From Centroscyllium fabricii (lineage: Eukaryota), in the NCBI GenBank assembly GCA_051313645.2, contig JBNRSN020000011.1:58900001-58964000 (forward strand): 64,000 nt of DNA, written 5' to 3'. Under the pieces are notes generated by a model that worked only from the letters and a program-made list of their open reading frames with translations, was not told where the DNA came from and made no database searches. The position numbers and the translations under genes are program-made. Positions 23,871-34,933 of this stretch are shown one piece after another (position 1 is the stretch's first letter; the number at the start of each line of letters is the position of its first letter).

Positions 23871-26800
23871 ACTAGTTTTGAGAAGTATTTTCTTTCTCAA
23901 TTTTCCGCTCAAACTTATTTGCATATCGACAAACATAAAATCTGCCATGACCGTGCTTTAAAAAATATTCCTTGATATATTTAAAAGTAGTAACTTGGTG
24001 CAGTTTGATAATGAAAAAAAAAGCATTTTTAATCAGAGTGTCTAGTCAACCACCTGTGAGTAACCCGAGAATGACTTTAAACAAAGGATACAGGACCATT
24101 TGCTAGTTAGTTATTGAGGTATCGTCAATTAAGACACAAAGACGAATAGTTACCTCAACTAAAGGCTTTTATTAACTATAAATGGAACTGGTCTCCGGAT
24201 GAAGTTAAGACGGTGAATGAACGCGGGATGGTCCACAACCACCTATGTACTCCGACCTGAGGGGAGGAGTTAGAGGTGGGGCAGTTCCTGCCATCAGGTA
24301 TTTACAGATATACAGGTATATGACCAGCAATGCCGTCAGGTCATTACTGGTGTGGACATTATATACAGATGGTAAATACACGTTTACCAAATTCACCCCT
24401 TCTTTAAAAATGAGTCCGGCAGGCTGAACGTGCGTTAACACAGTTGGCAAGTTAACATTCTGTGATCAGTCTCTCAGATGGCCGTGTCTGCCTGAGGGAC
24501 CGACGGGGTGCCAGTGATGGTGGTTCTGGTCGCGGGGTCGGGGTCGTGTTGTCCGCCAATGGTGGCAGCGGAGCAATGTCCGACCTCTGTTCGTTGGCCA
24601 TTGATGTCAAGGGCAATGGTGTGTGTGTGTATGGGGGCCAGTGTTCGGTGGGTGGTGGTTGGTGGAGCTGAGGCTCAACTGGGGGTTCCGTGATCGTGGT
24701 CCCGGCGGGCGCCAGGTCATGACTGAGACCGTGTCTTTGCGCCCGTCCGGGTATGCCACGTACGCATATTGCGGGTTGGCGTGGAGCAGGTGCACCCGTT
24801 CCACCAGGGGGTCTGTCTTGTGGCCGCGGACGTGCTTCCTAAGCAAGACTGGCCCCGGGGTGGTCCGCCACAGCGGGAGTGCTGTCTCCGAAGTCGATTT
24901 CCTGGGGAAGGAAAACCATTGTTCGTGAGGTATGGCATTGGTAGTGGTACACAGCAGAGAGCGGATGGAATGGAGAGCGTCGGGGAGGACCTCCTGCCAA
25001 CGGGATACTGGAAGGCCTCTGGAATTCAGGGCCAGGGTGACCGCCTTCCAGATCATCCTGTTCTCCCTTTCTACCTGGCCGTTCCTCCGGGGGTTGTAAC
25101 TGGTCGTTCTGCTCGAGGCAATCCCCTTCTGGAGCAGAAACTGACGCAGCTCGTCGCTCATGAACGACGACCCCCGGTCGCTGTGGATGTAGCTGGGGAG
25201 ACTGAAAATGCCGAACAGCGTGGTGAAGAGTTTGATCACCTTTGCGCTCGTCATATCTGGGCAGGGGAAGGCAAAGGGGAAGCAAGAGAACTCGTCGATG
25301 ACCATGAGGAAATACGAGTTGTGGTCAGTGGAGGGGAGGGGACACTTGAAGTCCACACTCAGGCATTCGAAGGGGCGGGTGGCCTTGATGAGGTGCGCCC
25401 TGTCTGGCCTGTAAAATTGGGGTTTGCATTCAGCGCAGACAGGGCACTCTTTGGTCATAGCCTTGATCTCCGAGATGGAGTAGGGGAGGCTACGGGACTT
25501 CACAAAGTGGGCGAGTCTGGTGACACCCGGGTGGGAGTGGCGATCGTGGAGGGCCTGCAGCCGGTCAAGCTGGGAGCTGGCGCACGTTCCCCTGGACAGT
25601 GCGTCTGGGGGTTCGTTGAGCTTACCTGGCCGGTAAAGAATGTCGTACTCGTAAGTCGAGAGCTCAATCCGCCACCGAAGGATCTTATCATTCTTAATTT
25701 TACCCCGCTGTTTAGTGTTAAACATAAACGCCACCGACCGTTGGTCGGTGAGTAGGGTAAATCTCTTACCGGCCAGATAGTGGTGCCAGTAGCGCACTGC
25801 CTCCACAATAGCCTGGGCCTCCTTTTCCACTGCGGAGTGGCGAATTTCGGGTCCCTGTAGGGTCCAGGAGAAAAGCGCTACGGGCCTACCCGCCTGGTTG
25901 AGGGTGGCAGCGAGGGCAACGTCCGATATACAGGTATACAGGTATGTGACCAGCAATGCCATCAGGTATGGTCGCCTTGATGATGTCTTCCTTGATCTGG
26001 GCGAATGCCGTTTGGGCTTCTGCCAGGAGTAGGAAGACATCGGCCTTGAGGAGAGGTCTGGCCTTATCTGCATACTGGGGAACCCATTGTGCGTAATAGG
26101 AGAAAAACACCAGGCATCTCTTCAGGGCTTTGAGATTGTGGGGTAAGGGCAGCTCCTGCAGGGGACGCATACGTTGGGGATCGGGGCCGAGGACCCCATT
26201 TTCCACCACGTAGCTGAGGATGGTGAGCCAGTCCGTACTAAAGACGCACTTGTCCTTATTATACGTCAGGTTCAGCCGTTTGGCCGTGTGAAGGAATTTG
26301 ACGAGGTTGGCATTGTGGTCCTGCTGGTCATGGCCACAGATGGTCACATTGTCCAGGTAGGGGAAAGTGGCCTGCAACTCGTTTTGGTCAACCATCCGGT
26401 CCATCTCCCGTTGGAAGACCGACACTCCATTGGTCACGCCGAAGGGTACCTGGTGGAAGTGGTAGAGCCGGCCGTTCGCCTCAAAGGCGGTGTACCGGCG
26501 GCCGGAATTCCGGATGGTGAGCTGGTGATACGCTGACTTGAGATCAATCATGGAGAAGACCTTGTACTGGGCGATTAGGTTCACCATATCCGAGATGCGG
26601 GGGAGTGGGTAGGCGCCGAGCCAGGTGTAGCGGTTAATCGTCTGGCTATAGTCTATGACCATGCGCAGTTTCTCGCCTGTCTTAACCACCATGACCTGGG
26701 CCCTCGAGGGGCTGGTGCTGGCCTCAATGATCCCTTCCTTTAGCGCCGTGTTAGGTCGGGGGGGCAGGGACCCACCGTATTCCATCGTCGCACTCTTCAG

Positions 26801-27253
26801 TTGACACTGGAAATCCAGTCCCAGTAATACTGGGGCGCACAGCTGCGGGAGAATGTACAGCTTAAAATTACGGTAAGAGCGGTCCCTGATGGTGAGCGTG
26901 ACGCTGCAGTAGCCGGTGATGTCCGCCGTGTGGGACTTTGAGGCTAGGCAGATTTGGTAATGCGTGGGCTGGGTCTGCAGTGCATAGCGCCGCACTGTGT
27001 CGGGATGAATAAAGCTCTCTGTGCTACCGGTGTCGAACAGGCAGTTAGTGGCATGGCCCTCCACCTTGATCCCCATCATGGAGTTGGATAAGGCGTGCAG
27101 CCTGGCCTGATCGACTGTGGCTGAGGCCGATGTGTGTGTGTGGGGGCCCTCCGCTAGCTGGGGCCCTGTCTGGGGCGAGTGGCAAGATGGCAGCTCCAAA
27201 GATGGCGGCGCTGGCGTTTCGCACGTGTCTGGCTGTTGTTGCGGCAAAGATGG

Positions 27254-27458
27254 GCGGTGGAGGCCAGTTCATTAAACATATTCAAGAGGGAATTGGATAT
27301 ATTTCTTCAAGCTAAAGGGATTAAAGGTTATGGAGAAAAGGCGGGGACGGGGTACTAGCTTGCTAAAGATCAGCCATGATCTCATTGAATGGCGGAGCAG
27401 GCTCGAAGGGCTGAATGGCCTACTCCTGCTCCTATCTTCTATGATTCTATGATTCTAT
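27254..27458 (+). mobile_element. HER1/CR1 LINE 3' end inserted in element B
   Basis: GATCAGCCATGATCTCATTGAATGGCGGAGCAGGCTCGAAGGGCTGAATGGCCTACTCCTGCTCC followed by a (TTCTATGA)n tail. Confidence 0.9.
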
Positions 27459-27459
27459 G

Positions 27460-27840
27460 GCGGCGCCCATGAGTCGCACGCGGCTGACCGCTGAGGGTAA
27501 GATGGCGGCTGCGGCAAAGATGGCGGCGCCTGTGATTCGCATGCAGCTGGCCGCTGTGGGCAAGATGGCGGCTCCCGTGGTTCGCACGCGGCTGACCGCT
27601 GTGGGAAAGATGGCGGCGCCCGTGGTTCGCACGCGGCTGACCGCTGTGGGCAAGATGGCAGCGCCCGTGGTTTGCACGCGGCTGACCGCTGTGTGGAAGA
27701 TGGCGGCGCTGGTGGGTCGCACATGGCCGGTCGCGGTCGCGCTGAAGATGGCGGTGCCTATGCCACGTGGGCGGCTGGCCGCCGCCGTGATCTTAAAAGG
27801 GATGGCGGCGCCCGCGATTTGCACCCGGCTGACCGCTGCT
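27460..27840. repeat. 45-bp tandem repeats with AAGATGGCGGC core (element B gag-pro spacer)
   Basis: Cores at 27561, 27606, 27651, 27696 and others; 45-bp period. Confidence 0.9.
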
Positions 27841-29316
27841 GGGTCGCGCTGCAGCACCGTACCTGTGGCCACAGAGTGGCAGCGTTGGTTTCGCAGGCCG
27901 CGCTGTTGGGTCTTGAGGTCGGGCAGGATTTGCAAGCTTTCGCAAAATGTACCTTCTTCCCACACCTCGCGCAGGTCGCATTCCTCGTGGGGCACAGCAC
28001 TCACGGGTGTTTTGCCTGGCCACAGAAGTAGCACTTGGGACCCGCCGGCGTCTTCGCAGCTGCCGCTGCTGTTGTTGGGGCGCCCAGAGGTTAGGTGGGC
28101 CCGTGTGAGAGTTATTGTCCCTGTAGGCGCCATTACACTTGAGCGCTCCATCCACCGCATTAGACAGCGTGATAGCGGACTCGAGTGATAGAGTCTCTTA
28201 TTCCAGCAGCCATTGTCGGGCCTGGCTGGACCTGAGTCCTGCTACATACGCATCGCGGACCAGGAGATTGGCCCCTTCCTCTGCCGTCGTTGCCTGGCAG
28301 TCGCAGGCCTGTACGAGGGCTTGGAGCGCTGACAAAAATTCTTCGTTTGACTCACCCAGCCGTTGCCTTCTGGTCGGCAATATGTGTCTGGCGTAAACCG
28401 AGTGGACCGGGCGCATATAGCTGTCCTTCAGCTTCTTGGCAGCTTCTGTATACGTCTTGATGCCTCTGATGAGGGAATACACCTGGCCGCTGATCATGAA
28501 TGCCAGTACTTGTAGTTTGTCCTCATCGCTGGTCGCTTTCACGGCCCTCATGTAGGCCTCGACACAGCCAAACCAATGTTCGAAATTGTTCGCAGCATCG
28601 GGCGCCTGAGGGTTGATATCAAGACGGTCCGGTTTGACTGCAGCGGTCGGCCGGGTGCAAATCGCGGGCGCCGCCATCTCTTTTAAGATCACGGTGGCAG
28701 CCGGCCGCCCGCGTAGCACAGGCGCCGCCAACTTCAGCGCGACCACGGCCGGCCATGTGCGACCCAGCAGCGTCGCCATCTTCCACACAGCGGTCAGCCA
28801 CGTGCAAACCACGGGCGCTGCCATCTTGCCCACAGCAGTCAGCCGCGTGCGAACCATGGGCGCCGCCATCTTTCCCACAGTGGTCAGCCGCGTGTGAACC
28901 ACGGGCGCCGCCATCTTGCCCACAGTGGCCAGCCGCATGCGAACCACGGGCGCCGCCATCTTTGCCGCAGCAGCCACGTTGCTCTCCATGTTCAAAAAAT
29001 AGTTAATAAAATTGACGTATCGTCAATTAAGACACCAAGACAAATAGTTACCTCAACTAAATGCTTCTATTAACTATAAATGGAGCTGGTCTCCGGATGA
29101 GGTTAAGATGGTGAATGAACGCGGGATGGTCCGCAACCACCTATGTACTCCGACCTGAGGGGAGGAGTTAGAGGTGGGGTAGTTCCTGCCGTCAGTTATT
29201 TACAGCTATACAGGTATGTGACCAGCAATGCCGTCAGGTCATTACTGGTGTGGACATTATATACTGATGGTAAATACACGTTTACCACAGTTATAGTGGT
29301 GGATAGTAGTCAGTTG

Positions 29317-29568
29317 CATAGAATCGTCGAAAGTTACAGCATAGGATGCCATTTTGGCCCATCGTGTCTGCACCGGCCAACAAAGAGCTATCCAGCCTAA
29401 TCCCACTTCCCAGCTCTTGGTCCATAGCCCTGCAGGGTACAGCATCCCAAGTGCACATCCCAAGTGCACATCCAAGTACTTTTAAAATGTGGTTAGGGTT
29501 TCTGCCTCTACCGCACTTTCAGGCATTGAGTTCCAGACCCCCACAACCCTCTGGGTGAAGAAATTTCC
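29317..29568 (-). mobile_element. CR1/HER1-type LINE 3' fragment
   Basis: CATAGAA...GGCCCATCGTGTCTG...GAGTTCCAGACCCCCACAACCCTCTGGGTGAAGAAATT is the reverse complement of the CR1 ORF2 end (FFTQRVV..WN) and 3' UTR. Confidence 0.8.
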
Positions 29569-30719
29569 TGGTAAATCAGAAAAACAATTGTATTCAAAAG
29601 CTTTTAAAATGTGCCTATTAGTGTCCTTGCACCTAAAAAACACCCTTAATTTAAGAGTCGTCTTGAAGGCCCATAAACAGGCACAATTAACAGAAACTCC
29701 CCATGCTGATTAATTTGATATAGGGGCGTGGCCAGTTTTGTGGGCTGGGTCCAGATTCTAGCACAATCTTTTTTGAAACCAACGCAAAGGATTGCAGAAA
29801 CTCGATTTACACTGGCCGTAATTTGCATTTGAAATTCCTTGATCTACTGTGCTGGTTTTGTTGATATTGGGAGAATTGCACTCTGAGCGGAATCTCCAGG
29901 CCCAGCCATAGAGTATCCAAACAGCTAAATGTCTCCCGTTTCCACTGTTCTCTTTTATTTGCAGCATAGAATGATTAATGGCTAATCTCTCGCTCCACCT
30001 CAATATCTGTGATGACTGTAGCTGGTTTTCACTCTTTTGTGAAAGGGAGAGGAGTTCAGCCGGAGAACATGGGGATGGATTTTAACTTCAAGTGGGTTTC
30101 GGAGTGGAGACTGCTCCACCGAATTGCTTTCCCACCCGGCAGAGGGAGCAAGAGAGTGTGCTGACTTTAACTGCCAGGCCTCATTTAAATGCCACTGGTC
30201 AACTTCCTGCCCAGAGCACACGTGAAGAGGGCACAGACTGGCTGCTGGCAGGGGATGATTGGGCAGCACTTGGTCCTCCTGGGCCCTTCTGTCTTCAGAC
30301 CAGCAGCAGTCTTGTTCCTGTCTTGCGAGAAAGCTGTATCTGCTTCCCTACTCAAAACTGCATTCAGGTCTTACTAACATAATAGGACCCCCGACTTGTA
30401 TACATTTTTGAGGCTTCAGCCTGCTTTAGGTAGGCGCCTTATCTGCCTGCAAAACCCTGCAAACAATTTGTGGTAAACCATTAATCTGCCTGTACAGAAC
30501 ATGTCTGGGCATGCCTCAGCTGGCTCCGCCCCAGGCTCCACCCCTAAGCCCAGGTAAAAAGGTGATTGACCTCCAGTCGCCCTGGCTTTAAGGATCGGTC
30601 TACCAGCAGAGGCATGCTCCTATTCTTTTGTTAATAAAAGCCTACTTGTTATAAGTTTAATTCTTAGTCTTTTGGGAGTTATTGATGGCACATCAATTTT
30701 ATTAACAAAAAGTTTTGAA

Positions 30720-33700
30720 ATGGAGCAAATCCTGAAACCAGAACGCCTGGAATTGGACCCTCAAACAGCGGATGCATCAAATTACTTTGAGCACTGGCTG
30801 AGCTGCTTCGAAGCATTCCTGCAGGCCTCCACCACTACCGTCAGGACCGAAGCTGACAAACTGCTGGTACTGAACTTACGGGTGAGCCACAAAGTATATT
30901 CGATTATCCGAGACACTGCATCCTACACGGACGCTATCGCGATACTAAAAGAACAATATACTAAGCCAGTCAACGAGGTCTACGCAAGACACCTCCTGGC
31001 TACCAGCAAACAGCAGTCTGAGGAATCAGGTGATGAATACCTATGGGCACTGAGAGTCCTTGGCCGGGCCTGCAAGTGCAAATCGGTGACGACCACAGAA
31101 AATACTGATGACCAAATCAGAGACACCTACGTCGCCGGCATCAGGTCCAGCTACACTCGACAGAGACTGCTAGAGGAAAGTTGGCTTGACCTGCAGAAGG
31201 CTGTGGTGCTTGCTAACACTCTGGACGTGGCCCTCCGAAACATGGACGCCTACCCCCCTGACAATGCGGCCCTATTCGCCCCATGGATGTCGCGGGGGCC
31301 GTCATCTTGGGACATGGTAAGGCCACAGGCCTGCGCCACGCTGCCACCGTCATGGCCCACCAGCAGCCCAACTACAGCTGCGATGTCCAGAGGCCCAAAG
31401 TGCTATTTCTGCGGCCAGGCCAAGCACCCCAGACAACACTGCCCGGCGAAGGATGCGATCTGCTCCAAATGTGGAAAGAAGGGACACTATGCCAAAGTGT
31501 GCAGGGTGAAACCGACCCCCGACATGCAGGTCACCATCTTGGACACCAATTCAATTCAATTCAATTCAATTCAATTCAATTCAAGTTTTATTGTCATTGC
31601 AGAGTACAAGTACAATACAACAAAACGAAGACTTGCTGCTCCCGAGAGTAGTGCAAATAAGTTACATATAATTTCATACAGTAAAGTACATTTCAGGTGT
31701 GCAGATACTGAAGTTTTTTGTTAGAGTTCAGGAGGCTGACAGCCCTGGGGAAGAAGCTGTTCTTGAATCTGGTCGTGCGGTTGCGGATTGATCTGTAGCA
31801 TCTCCCGGAGGGCAGAGGGGTGAACAGACTGTGGCTGTGGTGTGTGGGGTCTTTAATAATGTTCAGAGACCTCCGTAGGCAACATTTGAGGTAGGTGCGT
31901 TCGATTGACGGTAGCTGGGTGCCGGTGATTCGTTGGGCAGTTTTGACTACCCGCTGCAGGGCCATCCGGTCCGAGATGGTGCAGTTTCCATACCAGACTG
32001 TGATGCAGTTTGTCAGTATGCTTTCAATTGTGCAGCGGTAGAAGTTGGTGAGGATGCCGGATGTCAGCTTGGCCTTTTTCAGCTTCCTTAGGAATTACAG
32101 GCGCTGTTGGGCCTTCTTTTTCAGAGAGGAGGTGTTTAGTGACCAGGAGAGGTCTTCCGAGATGTGGACCCCGAGGAACTTGAAGCTGGACACCCTTTCC
32201 ACCTCAGCCCCTAACCTCGCCCACAACTGCAAAGCCATCGCAACAAAAAGCAGGCGGTACAGTGCCGGGGATAGAAGCTTAATTAAAATAGAAGTAGAGA
32301 GACTCCTGCGGGAGGGGATTATCGAGGACAGCACCAGCCCATGCGAGCCCAAGTAGTGGTCATGAAGACCAGTGCGAAACAGTGCCTGGTCATTGACTAC
32401 AGTCAAACAATCAATAGGTATACCCAATTAGACGCATACCCCCTTCCCCGCATATCTGATATGGTCAATCAGATTGCACAGTACCGGGTATTCTCTAACA
32501 CTGACCTGAAGTCGGCATACCACAACTCCCTATGAGGCCTGAAGACCGCCAATATACTGCTTTTGAGGCAAACGGCTTCCTCTACCACTTCCTCAGAGTC
32601 CCCTTCGGCATCACCAACGGGGTCTCAGACTTCCAAAGGGAGATGGACCGGATGGTTGACCAGAATGCGCTGCAGGCCACTTTTCCCTACCTGGACAATG
32701 TCACCATCTGTGGCCATGACCAGCAGGACCATGACGCCAATCTAGAAAAACTCTTCCGAACAGCCCAGCGCTTAATTTTGACATACAACAAAGAAAAGTG
32801 TATGTTTCGCACCACCCGCCTCGCTATCCTTGGCTGTGTGGTGGAAAACAGAGTCATCAGCCCCGACCCCGACCGAATGCACCCCCTTCTGGAACTACCC
32901 CTGCCTCACTGCCTCAAAGCCCTGAAGAGATATCTGGGGTTTTTCCCTTATTACGCCCAATGGGTGCCCAATTATGCGGACAAAGCCCGGCCCCTTATCA
33001 AGTCAACCTCCTTCCCACTGGCAGCAGAGGCCCATGCAGCCTTCACCCATATAAAAGAGGACATTGCAAAGGCTACAATGCACGCCGTGGATGAGTCCAT
33101 CCCTTTCCAGGTGGAGAGCGATGCGTCTGACTTTGACCTGGCCGCAACCCTTAACCAGGCGGGGAGACCCGTGGCCTTCTTTTCACGAACCCTCCAGGGC
33201 CCCGAAATTATACACTCCTCAGTTGAAAAGGAGGCCCAGGCTATAATGGAGGCTGTACGGTATTGGAGGCATTACCTGGCCGGTAAACGCTTCACCCTGC
33301 TCACTGACCAACGATCAATAGCATTTATGCTCAATAACAAGCAGAGGGGCAAAATCAAAAATGACAAGATATTGCGGTGGAGGATCAAATTGTCCACCTA
33401 CAATACGATATCTTATACCGGCCTGGTAACTTAATGAGCCCCCGGAAGCCCTATCCCGTGGAACATGTGCCAACGCGCAGGTCAATAGGCTACGGGAACC
33501 TCCACAACGATCTCTACCACCCTGGGGTCACCAGGTTTTTCCACTTCATTAAGGCCCGCAACCTGCCTTACTCCATCGAGGAGGTCAGAACCATGACCAG
33601 GAACTGCCAAGTCTGTGCCGAATGCAAACCGCACATTTATAGGCCAGACAGGGCGCACCTGATTAAAGCCACCCGCCCCTTCGAGCGCCTAAGCGTAGCT

Positions 33701-34600
33701 TTTAAAGGGCCCCTCCCCTTCTCTGACCACAACACGTACTTCCTCAACATCATTGACGAGTGCTCCCGTTTCCCGTTCGCTATCCCATGACCGGACATGA
33801 CCAGTGCCACAGTCATCAAATGTCTCAATGACCTCTTCGCCATATTCGGTTTTCCCAGCTACATCCATAGCGACAGGGGCTCGTCGTTCATGAGCAACGA
33901 GCTGTGCCAGTACCTGCTCGAAAAAGGGGTAGCCACGAGCAGGATCACCAGCTACAACCCCCAGGGTAACGGACAAGTAGAAAGGAAGAACGTGACAGTG
34001 TGGAAAACCGGCATGCTAGCCCTAAAGTCCAGAGGCCTCCCAACCCCCCGCTGGCAAGATCCTCCCCGATGCGCTTCACTCCATACGGTCACTACTCTGT
34101 ACCTCCATGACCGCCACCCCTCACGAGAAAATGTTCATCTTCCCTAGGAAATCCACCTCGGGGACATTGCTACCACCATGGTTGATGTCTCCAGGGCCCG
34201 TCTTGCTCAGGAAGCACGTGAGGAGCCATAAAACAGACCCCCTGATCAAAAGGGTCCACCTCCTCCACGCCAAACCACAATATGCATATGTGGCGTATCC
34301 TGACGGGCGGGAGGACACGGTCTCCATACGAGACCTCGCACCCTCAGGTGCCACCGAAAACACTATTACCCACTACCCATTACCATTACCCACTACCATT
34401 ACCCACGACACACCCCTAGAAGGGAATCCACACCTAACCCAAGTAGACGGCACGCCAGGGGCCTGTGACCCACCCTTATACACCTACCGACCCCGCACCC
34501 ACGAAGATGACACACTGTTGCTCCGGCCTACGTGGGAAACAGCCAAGGGAAAAGAACCGTCGCAGCCGGCACCACGACGGTCACTACGGCAGACAAGACC
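30720..34600 (+). pseudogene. Element C gag-pol, disrupted; protease region missing
   Basis: MEQILKPERLELDP gag with two Zn knuckles; RT YLDN, RNase H VESDAS and integrase in shifted frames. Confidence 0.9.
31547..32210 (-). mobile_element. 5'-truncated Rex1/Babar LINE inserted in element C
   Basis: VERVSSFKFLGVHISEDLSWS..KKAQQRL and LPSGR.YRSIR.RTTRFKNSFFP motifs; (TTGAA)n tail. Confidence 0.92.
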
Positions 34601-34933
34601 TGACGTATCGTCAATGAGGCAAAGACGAGCAGTTACCTTAACTAGAGGCTTTTATTCACTTTACAATGGAGCTACTCTCCAGTCGAACATTGAGTACAGA
34701 ATGAATGGGGGCAGGTCAGACCCCACCTATAAGGCACTCACCTGAGGGGAGGAGTTAGAGGTGTGGCTGACCTGACCTCGCGACAGTGTCGTTATACAAA
34801 ACTATGTACAATGCACCCAGCCACTATACATGCTGGTCTGTAGTGTGCTCAACTATTTACACTGGTAATCATGATTACCACATACAACCCTTCTTTGAAA
34901 ATTGAGTCCGGCGGGGTGAATGGACAGAACCTG

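Larger units (their letters stand above)
24607..28989 (-). pseudogene. Element B gag-pol (frameshifts, deletions, insertions)
   Basis: KPDRLDINP gag start, CCHC knuckle, LFDTGS, YLDN, TDQRS, HSHPG..C..C, SDRG, spread over several frames. Confidence 0.9.
24115..29289 (-). mobile_element. Gypsy element B, full-length but rearranged
   Basis: 277-bp LTRs 24115-24391 and 29013-29289, TSD GTTAT on both sides, PPT AGAAGGGGTGAA, gag-pro-RT-RH-IN remnants. Confidence 0.95.

Noticed and set aside
27457-28188. 243-aa antisense ORF of MAAP repeats (and the similar 45240-45935 ORF)
   Set aside because: A by-product of stop-free GC-rich 45-bp repeats; peptide not conserved between families. The DNA motif is reported instead.
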